Made by a program: the position numbers and the translations under genes. Positions 50,353-60,426 of a stretch of 64,000 bases of DNA are shown one piece after another; position 1 is the stretch's first letter; the number at the start of each line of letters is the position of its first letter. Below the pieces are notes generated by a model. It was not told the DNA's origin. It ran no database searches and saw only the letters and a list, made by a program, of their open reading frames with translations. The stretch lies in the NCBI GenBank assembly GCA_019358915.1, contig JAHHIM010000002.1, positions 1 through 64,000 of the forward strand, given 5' to 3'. This DNA is from Trichormus sp. ATA11-4-KO1. GTDB taxonomy: Bacteria; Cyanobacteriota; Cyanobacteriia; Cyanobacteriales; Nostocaceae.

Positions 50353-51123
50353 TTAGTGACGATGTCGATAGGGACTAAAACCAAGGCCGTAGGTTGCTAA
50401 GAGGTTTTGGGGGGAAAGCGCAATTTCTGGCTGACCAGTACAAACAACGGTTTGATTGAGGCAAAGCACGCGATCGCATTGGCGACTCACCATATCAATA
50501 TCATGAGAAACCTGTAACACTGTCCAACCCTCCTCCCGTTTTAACTCGTGGAGTAAAGCATAAAAATCTGCTGTACCTTGCACATCAACCCCAGCAAAAG
50601 CTTCATCTAATATCAACAATCTCCGAGGAATTACTAAACAATAAGCTAGTAATACCCGCTTCAATTGACCGCCGCTAAGAGTACCAATAGCTTGATGTCG
50701 CAGATGATAAGCATCAGTTCGCCGTAAAGCTTCCGCTATTGCTACTAATTTTTTCGGATCTCGTTTCCATAACTTGCTAAAAAACGAATTCTGCTTTTTA
50801 CTTTCATTTGCCCATCCCAGTCCTACCAATTCACCTACAGAAATCGGAAAACTGCGGTCAAAAATGAAATTTTGGGGCATATAGCCCAAGCGGTAACGCA
50901 ATTTCCCTAGCTTGGTAATTGGGAGACCAAATATTTCAATAGTGCCAGCACTGCGGGGAATCAAATCTAAAATCGCTTTTACCAAAGTACTCTTACCCGC
51001 ACCATTGGGGCCAACTATGGCTGTATCTGTTCCTGGCAACAATTCAAAAGAAATATCTCGAACAGCTAAATAACTGCCTTGATATACATTTAATCCCTCT
51101 ACTTTTAAAATGGGCGATGTCAT
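50353..51123 (-). CDS. znuC: Zn/Mn ABC transporter ATP-binding protein
   Basis: GPNGAGKS, LSGGQ, SHD; His-rich tail. Confidence 0.88.
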   Translation of the reverse strand: MTSPILKVEGLNVYQGSYLAVRDISFELLPGTDTAIVGPNGAGKSTLVKAILDLIPRSAGTIEIFGLPITKLGKLRYRLGYMPQNFIFDRSFPISVGELVGLGWANESKKQNSFFSKLWKRDPKKLVAIAEALRRTDAYHLRHQAIGTLSGGQLKRVLLAYCLVIPRRLLILDEAFAGVDVQGTADFYALLHELKREEGWTVLQVSHDIDMVSRQCDRVLCLNQTVVCTGQPEIALSPQNLLATYGLGFSPYRHRH

Positions 51124-51214
51124 TAGTCCTGGATTATTAGTAATTTGTAATTAGTAATCGGTCATAACCTGAGAACAAACGATCAAGAAGATATCGCTGC
51201 CTTTAACATCTAAA

Positions 51215-52237
51215 CTAATTACATCCAGTCTCCAGGGTTTGCAAGTTAGCTTTCATCGCCTGGAAGTAATACTGTGGATTTGTCTCACCAGTTTCTAAAG
51301 AATTCAAAGTCCGCACAGTTACATTCAAGTCTTGGGAAAGACTGGTTAATAATTTATCATCCACCCCTGGTTCGCTAAACAACGCTTTAACGTTGTACTT
51401 TTTCACGGCATTGATTGCTTTTTGCACATCTGCTGGCGACAGTTGATCTTCAGGAATTTGCACCACAGCAACTTGTTTCAGATTGTAGCGCTGAGCTAAA
51501 TATGGAAAAGCATCATGAAAGGTAATAAAGGTACAGTTAGGAGTTTTCTGTAAAGTTTGCTGAAATTCGTTATTTAAACTTTCTAATTCCTGAATAAAAG
51601 TCGCAGCATTTGCTTCATACGTAGCTTTATTAGCAGGATCAGCAGCAATTAATCCGTCCCGAATATTTGTGACCTGCTGTTTTGCCAAAACTGGATCTAA
51701 CCAAACGTGAGGATTTCCGTCTGCATGATCATGGCTATGACCGTGGCTATGGCCTTTTGCTGCTATTTTATCAACAGGTGAAATTTCATTTAATGGTTTA
51801 ATACCTTCACTGGCATCAATTTCAGTTAATTTGGGATTCTGGGCATTTTTTACAGTGTTTTCTAAAAATTCTTCCAACCCCAGACCATTTTTCACCAAGA
51901 CACTTGCTGTGGCGATCGCTTTTACATTCTCTGGTGTCGCTTGGTAATCATGTACTTCCGTACTCGGTGGCACTAAAATTGATACATCTGCCGCATCACC
52001 AGCTACAGCTTTGGTAAATAAATACGTTGGCAAAATCGTCGCCACCACTTTAGTTTTTTCTTGAGAGGCTGGACTCGAAGCCGCCTCTTGTGCTTGGGGT
52101 GACTGTTCACCAGTTCTTGCCAAATTTGTGTTGGATTGGTTACAGCCAACAGCTACCGCCAATGTAAACAAAGTCACGACAAACAACACGTTCTTTCTTT
52201 GTCTGCTTGATCTAAGTCCTAAAAGATTCCCAATCAC
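51215..52237 (-). CDS. znuA: Zn/Mn ABC transporter lipoprotein
   Basis: VGC lipobox; EVHDY, His-rich loop, NPHVWLDP, FHDAF. Confidence 0.9.
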   Translation of the reverse strand: MIGNLLGLRSSRQRKNVLFVVTLFTLAVAVGCNQSNTNLARTGEQSPQAQEAASSPASQEKTKVVATILPTYLFTKAVAGDAADVSILVPPSTEVHDYQATPENVKAIATASVLVKNGLGLEEFLENTVKNAQNPKLTEIDASEGIKPLNEISPVDKIAAKGHSHGHSHDHADGNPHVWLDPVLAKQQVTNIRDGLIAADPANKATYEANAATFIQELESLNNEFQQTLQKTPNCTFITFHDAFPYLAQRYNLKQVAVVQIPEDQLSPADVQKAINAVKKYNVKALFSEPGVDDKLLTSLSQDLNVTVRTLNSLETGETNPQYYFQAMKANLQTLETGCN

Positions 52238-52508
52238 AGTTTTTCTCCTCTAACCCTAATACTTGCTCTGCCTTGGTCAAAATTTTTATTGACGATGACA
52301 GTAGCTTTATATTGTAGAATAAGTCTCATTCTCACACAATACTGTAAAAATAGCTTTTTGTATAAAAAACAACTTACTTATCACTTAGCCTATGAATAAT
52401 AATTGCTTAACTTTTAGTGTTAAAAAAATTGCGCGCTACTGTTAATATCTTTTTTAAGAAAATGTGTTCTCAAAAAACTCGGTGTGAGTGTAGCTATCCA
52501 TAAATTAA

Positions 52509-52517
52509 GTGTGAGGA
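52509..52517 (+). promoter_or_regulatory. Putative Yfr1 sRNA target site in the porin 5' UTR
   Basis: GTGTGAGGA is complementary to the Yfr1 motif ACUCCUCACAC and overlaps the RBS; partial GTGTGAG at 52482-52488. Confidence 0.6.
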
Positions 52518-52521
52518 AAAA

Positions 52522-54123
52522 ATGCAAGAGTTAGGAAAATATTTACTAGCTAGTCCAGTATTTTGCGGCACTATGCTATTGTTTAATGCTGCTGTTTTTG
52601 CAGGTGAAATATCCACAACATCGGTAATAAATCAGCCTTTAACTATAGATAATTCAGAGACAAAAGCTCAGGTAATGGCGCAAATTACCTCAGTTTCTCA
52701 GTTATCAGACGTACAACCTACAGATTGGGCTTTCCAAGCATTGCAGTCGTTGGTAGAGCGTTACGGTTGTATTGCTGGGTATCCCAATACCACTTATCGT
52801 GGTAACCGCGCACTGACAAGATATGAATTTGCAGCTGGTTTCAATGCTTGTCTTGATCGGGTTAACGAGCTAATTGCCACAGCCACTGGCGATGTTATAA
52901 GACAACAAGATTTAGCGCAACTGCAAAGACTACAAGAAGAATTTGCCGCAGAACTAGCTACACTTAGAGGCCGTGTGGATGCACTAGAAGCACGCACATC
53001 TGAACTGGAAGCGAATCAATTTTCTACTACTACCAAATTGCAAGGAGAAGTTGTCACAGTTATCAGTGATGTTTTAGGTGGCAACAGAGTTAACAATCAA
53101 AACATTACAGACAAGAATACAACTCTAGGGGTGCGGGCACGAGTTGAGTTTGTCACCAGTTTTACAGGGAGAGACACCTTGTTTACGAGAATCCAAGCCA
53201 ATAATATTCTCAGCCCTAACATTGGTACACCAGAAGGTAACTTATTCTTCGCTGGTGAGGATGGTAATACTAATGCGGAAATAGATGCATTATTTTACGA
53301 ATTTCCTTTGGGTGCAAGAACACAAGTAATTGCGATCGCCAATGCAGGTGCAGCAGATGACATCACTGATACCGTAAATATCTTTGACGGTGATGGCAGT
53401 TCTGGTGCTCTATCTACTTTTGGTACACGCAACCCCATCTATAACCAGATGGATGGTGCAGGGTTGGGAATCACCCATGAATTCAGTGATAGATTGGCAC
53501 TAAGTCTGGGGTATTTGAGTGGTTCAGCTAATGACCCTGCTCCCAAGAATGGTTTGTTTGATGGTGCATACGGTGCGCTGGCACAGTTGACAGTGAGACC
53601 AAGCGATCGCATTGCTGTAGGCTTAACTTATATCCATTCTTACAGACAGCCACTACTTACGGGTAGCAATGCAGCAACCTTTGCTCCCTTGGATTTAGAT
53701 GATGATGGTACAATAGATTCCGCCTTTTCCAGCAATTCCTACGGTATCCAAGCATCTATTGGCATCAGTGAAAGATTAGTCTTAGGTGGTTGGGCTGGAT
53801 ATACAACTAGTCGCACCTTAAGTGGAAACCGTGGAGATATTGATATTTGGAATTATGCCATCACTCTCGGCTTCCCTGACCTTGGTAAAAAAGGTAATTT
53901 AGCTGGAATTATTGCTGGTGTAGAACCTAGAGTGACAAGTTCCAGCGTCGCCGGATTAAGTAGAGATAGAGATACTTCCTATCATCTTGAGGCATTCTAC
54001 CAGTACCAGCTGACTGACAATATCACTATTACCCCAGGTATCATTTGGCTGACATCCCCAGACCATAACAACAACAACGATGATGTTGTTATCGGTGCGT
54101 TAAGAACTACATTCAGTTTTTAA
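52522..54123 (+). CDS. SLH-domain / OprB-type cyanobacterial porin
   Basis: SVSQLSDVQPTDWAFQALQSLVERYGC SLH, QFSTTTKL, terminal RTTFSF. Confidence 0.95.
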   Translation: MQELGKYLLASPVFCGTMLLFNAAVFAGEISTTSVINQPLTIDNSETKAQVMAQITSVSQLSDVQPTDWAFQALQSLVERYGCIAGYPNTTYRGNRALTRYEFAAGFNACLDRVNELIATATGDVIRQQDLAQLQRLQEEFAAELATLRGRVDALEARTSELEANQFSTTTKLQGEVVTVISDVLGGNRVNNQNITDKNTTLGVRARVEFVTSFTGRDTLFTRIQANNILSPNIGTPEGNLFFAGEDGNTNAEIDALFYEFPLGARTQVIAIANAGAADDITDTVNIFDGDGSSGALSTFGTRNPIYNQMDGAGLGITHEFSDRLALSLGYLSGSANDPAPKNGLFDGAYGALAQLTVRPSDRIAVGLTYIHSYRQPLLTGSNAATFAPLDLDDDGTIDSAFSSNSYGIQASIGISERLVLGGWAGYTTSRTLSGNRGDIDIWNYAITLGFPDLGKKGNLAGIIAGVEPRVTSSSVAGLSRDRDTSYHLEAFYQYQLTDNITITPGIIWLTSPDHNNNNDDVVIGALRTTFSF

Positions 54124-54173
54124 AGAAGGAAGAAGACTTCTTCCTTCTTTCTTCTTCCCTCTTCCTTCGTTAA
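54120..54173. repeat. 54-bp minimal form of the TTAA-bounded element
   Basis: Same ends and 3' sequence as 16485-16692; overlaps the porin stop codon. Confidence 0.7.
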
Positions 54174-54188
54174 TATTGCAAAATCTCA

Positions 54189-54224
54189 AAAGAAGACGTA
54201 AAAAAATCACTTTGCGTCTTCTTT
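54189..54224 (+). terminator. Hairpin downstream of the porin gene
   Basis: AAAGAAGACG ... CGTCTTCTTT followed by T-rich sequence. Confidence 0.55.
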
Positions 54225-54325
54225 ACTTTTTGCATGGAATCAAAAAAAATAGTAAGATTACTGATATTGTCATCTTATGATGACAATAAAATTATCAATT
54301 TTGCCGAAAAACTACTTGGCAGGCA

Positions 54326-54438
54326 AAAAAAAAGACCAGCCTCCCACAGCCGGTCTATAAAATATTTTTTTGCGTTGTCTTCTCAATAGAGTCAAAACCA
54401 AATTGCGCGTTCCCAAAATGCGACGGGCAACTTTTCTT
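54326..54438 (-). ncRNA. Putative small RNA (possibly PsrR1/SyR1-like)
   Basis: -10 TACAAT at 54450-54445; intrinsic terminator AGACCGGC-loop-GCTGGTCT plus T run; no ORF; family assignment from memory only. Confidence 0.5.
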
Positions 54439-54603
54439 AACAATATTGTAACAGTCAACACAGTTTTTTCGTAAATATCTACAAAAAAAAGATATGCCCA
54501 AAAGAAGTGAGCCTCTATCTTTTAGAAGAATTTAATGATGCTACGAGACAGAGATGAAGGGACAAGGGGAATAACCAGTGCCCCATTCCCTATTCCCTAT
54601 TCC

Positions 54604-56337
54604 CTATTCCCTATTCCCCATTACTAATTGTGGCTGACCCCAAAGAATACGCTCTTGCTTGTAAATAGCAATCCCCGGTTTGGCTCCTTTGGGTTTGTAA
54701 ACGTGCTTTGGCTGAGTATAAACTACTGGTACTTGGTCACTCTGACGAGCGCGACTGTAATAAGCCGCAAGATTCGCCACAAATTGCAAATCGGCTGCTT
54801 CTGGAACAGCACCAGGTTCTAAACGCAGTAGCACATGACTTCCGGGAATTTCTTGAGCGTGGAACCACAAGTCATAATCTCCAGCAACACGAAAGCTCAA
54901 CTGGTCATTTTGGCGATTGTTACGACCGATTAAGACTTCAAAGTCGTTAGGGGTACGGTAACGATGGAAGTTAGTGCTGGCAGTTTCGTTGGCGCTGCGA
55001 CTACGGTAGCCTGGATCTTCCAGATATTTTTGTCCAATCAGCTCGTCGCGGATTTCTTCTAGGGATTGCAAATCTTCTGCTGTTTGGTAGTGATCTATTT
55101 GAGCGATCGCCGCTTCTACTTGCTCCAAATAGCTAATTTCTGACTGTACCTCGAATAGTAGCGGTTCTACAGCAGCACGAGCGCGTTTTAATTTTTGATG
55201 CTGTTTGTAAAGGCGTTGGGCATTTTGCACAGCATTTTTATCTGGCTGGAGAGCGATCGCTATGGGCTTACCTGTTTCAAAATCAGAAAGGATAATTTCT
55301 TTCATACCTGGTTCCCAGTTTTGCAGGTGAGCCATCAATAAATCAGCTTTTTCACGATACTCATCAGCTTGATCTGATTGCTGTAAGCGTTCAGTAAAGG
55401 TTTGCGCCTTATTCCGTAATTTTGCCAGAATATTCTGCAATTTCTGGCTCAGTTGATGGCGTAACTGAGCAAATACCTGTTGATTCAGCTCGTCAGTGTA
55501 GTACTTGTTGAGTAAGGTTTGGATGTTTTTTTCTGGTGCAACCGCACCCCAACCCATGACGGTATATCCATTGGCTGTCCAAGCTGGTTGAAATTTATTT
55601 AATTCTAAAGCTTGCAGCCATTCTTGCCAGCGTGCAAATAACCTTTGCCATTCATCAGGTTTCAGGTGATCAGTGGTGGTTTCTGGTGCTAAATCGGCTG
55701 CCAATAACATAGACTCTACCAATGCCGCACTTAAACCGCTATAACTTTTGAGCAGTTGACGCTTAATTGTACCGGGGACTAAACTGACTCGTTCTTGCCA
55801 GCGTTCTGGAGATTCATGCAAACTAGGAACAGGTCCAGTAAGTTTTGGCGGTATTTCATAAGGCTGTCCAGTTTGGATGGGACGGACACTAGATTGGTGC
55901 TGACCAACTTGATGAGCAGCAGTGATGATCATATTATTGTCATCGGTGAGGATAGCGTTGCTGTATTTGCCCATCACTTCTACATATATATGATATAAAG
56001 CGCTTTCTCCGGGACGACGGGCAAACTGTAAATCAACAACACGTTCCCAAGGCGCGATCGCTTCAATGGCCACCAACGCCAGACCACCCAACTGATGCAC
56101 TAGTTGTTGGCTGAAGGTGAAGGTATCTGGTAATCGTGGTGGCGCTTCGCCAATACAAATGCGCGCAGCTTGGGGATGCCAAGAAATCTCTAACCAACTG
56201 CGCTGGTTGATGGTGCGTAAAGCGATCGCAATAGTATGGCGATCGCGTTGATAAACTTGTTCTAAGCGAGATGGCAGCCAGTGAGCGCGGAGTTCGCTAC
56301 AAGCAGCTGTGAGGGTAGTAAAGTCAACTGGTTGCAC
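54604..56337 (-). CDS. rqcH: NFACT / RqcH (FbpA-like) ribosome quality control protein
   Basis: WERVV, EVMGKYSN, NAQRLY, GRNNRQND, WFHAQEIPGSHV. Confidence 0.9.
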   Translation of the reverse strand: MQPVDFTTLTAACSELRAHWLPSRLEQVYQRDRHTIAIALRTINQRSWLEISWHPQAARICIGEAPPRLPDTFTFSQQLVHQLGGLALVAIEAIAPWERVVDLQFARRPGESALYHIYVEVMGKYSNAILTDDNNMIITAAHQVGQHQSSVRPIQTGQPYEIPPKLTGPVPSLHESPERWQERVSLVPGTIKRQLLKSYSGLSAALVESMLLAADLAPETTTDHLKPDEWQRLFARWQEWLQALELNKFQPAWTANGYTVMGWGAVAPEKNIQTLLNKYYTDELNQQVFAQLRHQLSQKLQNILAKLRNKAQTFTERLQQSDQADEYREKADLLMAHLQNWEPGMKEIILSDFETGKPIAIALQPDKNAVQNAQRLYKQHQKLKRARAAVEPLLFEVQSEISYLEQVEAAIAQIDHYQTAEDLQSLEEIRDELIGQKYLEDPGYRSRSANETASTNFHRYRTPNDFEVLIGRNNRQNDQLSFRVAGDYDLWFHAQEIPGSHVLLRLEPGAVPEAADLQFVANLAAYYSRARQSDQVPVVYTQPKHVYKPKGAKPGIAIYKQERILWGQPQLVMGNRE

Positions 56338-56584
56338 AACAATTAGTCGCTGGCTTTCAAACGTCGATGCTCAGTATATGCTATCTTGTCTAGCTCAACG
56401 TTGATTAACACAAAAAGTGGTCAGCCAATTTTCACTGAAACCAATCACGGTTTGGGATGATTGCCGTCCGGATTTTTCATGTAAAAAATAAAAGGGAAAA
56501 GGTAAAACAGCAGATTTCTGCTTCCTTCTTCTTTCTTCATGCTCAATTGTTACCCATTTCCGATTACCAAACAGGGTGAGAGCT

Positions 56585-57853
56585 TTATTTACTGATTAAT
56601 ACTGGTTCTTTGGCTGGTTGCTGCAAAAGTTGGGTGTAAAGTTCACCTAACTGAGTTGCCACGCCATCCCAACTAAACTTGGTTTCAACGCGCTTTCTAC
56701 CAGCTTTACCCAATTCGTCTCGCCATTGTGGATTTAACAAAATTCTATCAATAGCAGTTGCAAACGCAGCTACATCTTGTGGTGGTGCTAACAAACCTGT
56801 GACTTCGGGAACCACGGTAAACTGAAGTCCGCCAACATCACTTGCTACTACAGGTGTACCACTAGCCATTGCTTCAATTGCTACGAGTCCAAAGGGTTCG
56901 TAGTGACTAGGAACAACGCAAACATCAGCAGCAGCGTAATAAGTTGGTAAGATTTCTTGACTAAGACGACCGGGAAGGGTGGTAAAGTCTCTCATCCCTA
57001 ATTCGTTGATGATATTCTCAATGCGATCGCGCTCAATCCCATCACTATTACCGGGTGTACTACCACCACCAATAATTAGCTTAAGGTGATTATTGCCCCG
57101 TAATTGAGACTCATTGACTGCACGTACTAAGGTTTCTATGCCTTTACGCGGGTCAAAACGTCCTACATATAATACAAGTTTAGTATCTGGATCAATCCCC
57201 AAGTCGGCTCTAGCTGTTTGGCGGTCAATCGCACCAAATCGCTGAATATCTGTACCACAAGGAATGATGTCAATATTACCTTTAGTGGAAACGAGCGATC
57301 GCATGTGTTCCTGTTCTTGGGGACTTGTGGCGACAATCCGTTCTGCTGTCTCCAACACCTCTTTTTCTACTGCTAATCGCTGACTAGCAATTAAGGGAAT
57401 CGTTTCTATGGTCTTGTATTTTACTGCTCCTAAAGAATGGTAAGTATGAACCTGCTTAGTATCTTGGATTTTCTTCAGTTGCATACCTACCCAGCTAGAG
57501 TGCCAGTAGTTTGTGTGAACCAATTGATAGGTAATGTTATTTTCTTTTTGAAATTTGAGGAAATTATCCAAAAATTCTGGTGTGTGTTCCAGAAGATTGT
57601 CTCTTGGCACGAACTCCACAGGTCCAGCTACTAAACGAATAGTGCGACAATTTGGGCTAAATTGAACAATTGTGTTTTGTTCTTCACTTACTTTCCGAGT
57701 AAACATATCAACTTGCCATCCCAGCTGCGCCAATGCTTCACCCACATGACGCACATAAACGTTTTGTCCTCCAGCTTCTTCTTTACCAATTTCAATCGCC
57801 GGGTCTCCGTGAACGGAAATTAAGGCAATCCGTTTTCCAGTAGTAGCGTTCAT
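56585..57853 (-). CDS. spsB: GT4 glycosyltransferase; minimal sucrose-phosphate synthase
   Basis: ISVHGDP...EAGGQNVYV, HTYHSLG, GRFDPRKG, EPFGLVAIEAM; symbol from resemblance to Anabaena SPS-B. Confidence 0.72.
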   Translation of the reverse strand: MNATTGKRIALISVHGDPAIEIGKEEAGGQNVYVRHVGEALAQLGWQVDMFTRKVSEEQNTIVQFSPNCRTIRLVAGPVEFVPRDNLLEHTPEFLDNFLKFQKENNITYQLVHTNYWHSSWVGMQLKKIQDTKQVHTYHSLGAVKYKTIETIPLIASQRLAVEKEVLETAERIVATSPQEQEHMRSLVSTKGNIDIIPCGTDIQRFGAIDRQTARADLGIDPDTKLVLYVGRFDPRKGIETLVRAVNESQLRGNNHLKLIIGGGSTPGNSDGIERDRIENIINELGMRDFTTLPGRLSQEILPTYYAAADVCVVPSHYEPFGLVAIEAMASGTPVVASDVGGLQFTVVPEVTGLLAPPQDVAAFATAIDRILLNPQWRDELGKAGRKRVETKFSWDGVATQLGELYTQLLQQPAKEPVLISK

Positions 57854-58299
57854 AGTTTGTGTGTTGCTGTTTTTCAGAAGGTATTGGGCGTTTCTAGGTT
57901 TGCTAGGTGCAAACTTAGTTATGTTGAGAAAATTTGAGTAATTTTTATTTTAATTTAATTGTGTCAAACCTTTTGATATATTCACTATCTGGTCTATACT
58001 TCTTTGCTCTGTAATTGTATTTAATATCTTTATATATCAAGAATTATACTCATATCTAATTCTTGTGATAGATGAACCTCGATTTAATTAGTGTTAACTG
58101 TGCAGATATACTCTTCTAGATATTATTAATGAATACGTCAAGCGATCGCCAATCATTAGTACTGAGATTAAAAGTAATTTTATATCAGACTCCTAATTCA
58201 ATAACAAAACTCAGTACACATCTATTCTCTTGTTTCCCTTAGGGTGATGCCTCCAACACTCCAAGGCAGTAAGCACCAGTTGCTCATGGAGAAATTCAC

Positions 58300-58341
58300 G
58301 CCAGTGAGGTCTTGGAGGAAAACCGCCAAGACCTCACTGGC
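58300..58341. repeat. Palindromic dispersed repeat within a degenerate miniature element
   Basis: GCCAGTGAGGTCTTGG ... CCAAGACCTCACTGGC perfect 16-bp stem. Confidence 0.75.
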
Positions 58342-58484
58342 TCACCTGTTCCTTTCCTAGGTAAGCAATTTCATAAATCAAATCGGATTACTACAATTAT
58401 TAAGCTCACGGGGAAGCAAGGTACATTTAACGTTTTGTTCGTTTTTTTCCTGAATTCACAAAATCCTATTGCTCCCCAATCAAC

Positions 58485-59348
58485 TTATTGATCTTTTTGT
58501 GACAATTGCCAGAGTTGGATTTCATAACAGAGATGACGTTCAAAAATTGTGCGTGCTTCTAAACCCTCAACAATCAGCTTTTGCACCCAGCGATTAAATA
58601 TCCAACGACCGAGTGCATGTAATGGTGGAACTGCGATCGCTACTAAATCGGCAATATACTTGATAGTACTCAGCCCAAAAGTGCGGAAATTTTCAATACA
58701 TAAGTCAATCGTTGGTGCAATCTGAGATGAGATATCTTCAGCTTGAACTAATTTGAATCCAGCCTCCTCTAACGCTGCGTGAAGCACACTAGCAACATGA
58801 CAATTGGAGAAGATGCCTTCATGGTATTTGGCATCAACGCGGATCATATCGGCAAGCAGCAGGTAGCCACCATTGTTAAGCAAATGAGCAGCACCTTGAG
58901 CAAGATCATCAGCAGCAATATATTGGCTACTTTCACTGAAAAGTATGAGGTCGTAGGGGTGAGTTTGCTGGAAATCTTCAAATTTTGTTAAGTGAAATAC
59001 TACCTGACCGTTGGTGTGATCTATAAACTTCTTTTGCTGGAACGGATCAGGTGCTAATCCCTCAACAGCAAAGCCACGATCTTTAAGGTAAGCTGCATTA
59101 CCACCAATGCCACAGCCGACATCAAGCAGGTTGTTTGTTCCGGCTGGGATGAAAGTCAAAAGTTTAGCTACATAGGCTTCCTGAGCGATGCGTAACCGCA
59201 CAAGAGTCAAATCCTCAGTGGAGGCTGGAAGAGGTTCCCAATATCCGTAATGCAGATAGGATGAACCTGTAAGTTCTAAATAGTAATTGATCGCAGCATT
59301 TTGGTAGCGAGTCGCTTGAGAAATATGAATTAACTTTGATTGAGACAT
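58485..59348 (-). CDS. Class I SAM-dependent methyltransferase
   Basis: LHYGYW and LLDVGCGIGG motifs. Confidence 0.88.
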   Translation of the reverse strand: MSQSKLIHISQATRYQNAAINYYLELTGSSYLHYGYWEPLPASTEDLTLVRLRIAQEAYVAKLLTFIPAGTNNLLDVGCGIGGNAAYLKDRGFAVEGLAPDPFQQKKFIDHTNGQVVFHLTKFEDFQQTHPYDLILFSESSQYIAADDLAQGAAHLLNNGGYLLLADMIRVDAKYHEGIFSNCHVASVLHAALEEAGFKLVQAEDISSQIAPTIDLCIENFRTFGLSTIKYIADLVAIAVPPLHALGRWIFNRWVQKLIVEGLEARTIFERHLCYEIQLWQLSQKDQ

Positions 59349-59891
59349 TGGTAAATATAGTATGGTCAGCCAGATATAAGTTTGCCCCTGGGAAAAGCCG
59401 CAAAAACAACAAGAGCCGTTTCCACGCTTACTGCTCTAAGAGGTTGTTTTAAAAGGGTCTTTCCATGTCATATTGAACGCAGCGTAGCGGAGTGAAATAT
59501 CTCAGTATATAGCTCAAACCAAGGATATTCTGGATTCTTTCCTCCGGCACGTCTTCGCCGGTAAGCGCAGCTATGCCTGTCAGGGCTTTACGTTAGTCGC
59601 TTATTGGGAAAACCTCCAAGACCGCACTAACTCACTACAAACCTTTAATTATTTACGTCATCCTACTTACAATACAACAATACTAATACAAGTATTCAGG
59701 CTATTTTAGTTTAAATACGAAACGCTACCTCCACCACTAAATTTTTAAAACTTACAGTAGAGATAGCATTTATTTACTAATTTAGGTAGACCTAAATAGC
59801 ATTTTTAGTAACGTAATGACTGCTCTTGCTTAGATTTGCTGGTTAAAGTCATATCAAATATGAGCAAAACCCAAATTACAATTTATTACAG

Positions 59892-59999
59892 TTATTGACT
59901 TAATCCATCATATCTATTTGGATCTTTTTTCTCCTTTTTTTTATCAGGATCTTTCTTAGGTTTTTTAGCTTCTTTGTTGCCTTTTTTTTCCTTAGACAT
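59892..59999 (-). CDS. 35-aa lysine-rich small protein (not in the ORF track)
   Basis: GGAGA RBS then MSKEKKGNKEAKKPKKDPDKKKEKKDPNRYDGLSQ. Confidence 0.65.
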   Translation of the reverse strand: MSKEKKGNKEAKKPKKDPDKKKEKKDPNRYDGLSQ

Positions 60000-60095
60000 A
60001 ATTATTCTCCAATGTGGTAATAAGTAAAGTAGCTACAAGGTGAGTCAAAGTCTTTTCCAGACAATATTCTTTTACACAAATAATTTGTTTTCAAA

Positions 60096-60275
60096 CTATA
60101 AAATGTTCCAGAAGTAGAGAAAGCCTTGACCGGAAAACACTTCAATCAAAGCGACAGCTAAAAAGCCTAACATTGCTAAGCGACCATTCAAAATTTCGGA
60201 TTGAGGAATAAAGCCCCAAAACCTAGCATTGCGTTTCTGGGAAATCAACTGTGTAGCTTTTGTAGTATCTGACAT
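60096..60275 (-). CDS. hli: High-light-inducible protein (HLIP/SCP), 59 aa (not in the ORF track)
   Basis: Hand translation ...[32 protein letters not shown] with the ExxNGRxAMxG motif. Confidence 0.92.
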   Translation of the reverse strand: MSDTTKATQLISQKRNARFWGFIPQSEILNGRLAMLGFLAVALIEVFSGQGFLYFWNIL

Positions 60276-60426
60276 AAGTAATACTCTAAAATGTTCTATT
60301 TCAGAAATTCATAAATCACCTAACAAATACTGCCTGCTCGCTACTAAGAATATAGCTGTCAGCCTATAAATCCCTCTGAAATTCATTGCAGAGGTAATTA
60401 AGCAGTGATGTTAGAACTAGCTGACC

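Noticed and set aside
52315..52332. Zur box upstream of znuA and the porin
   Set aside because: Plausible by context, but the match to TGATAATNATTATCA is too imperfect to place confidently
59436..59640. Structured-looking stretch upstream of the methyltransferase as a riboswitch
   Set aside because: Looks like a patchwork of degenerate dispersed repeats and an element end; no aptamer consensus recognised
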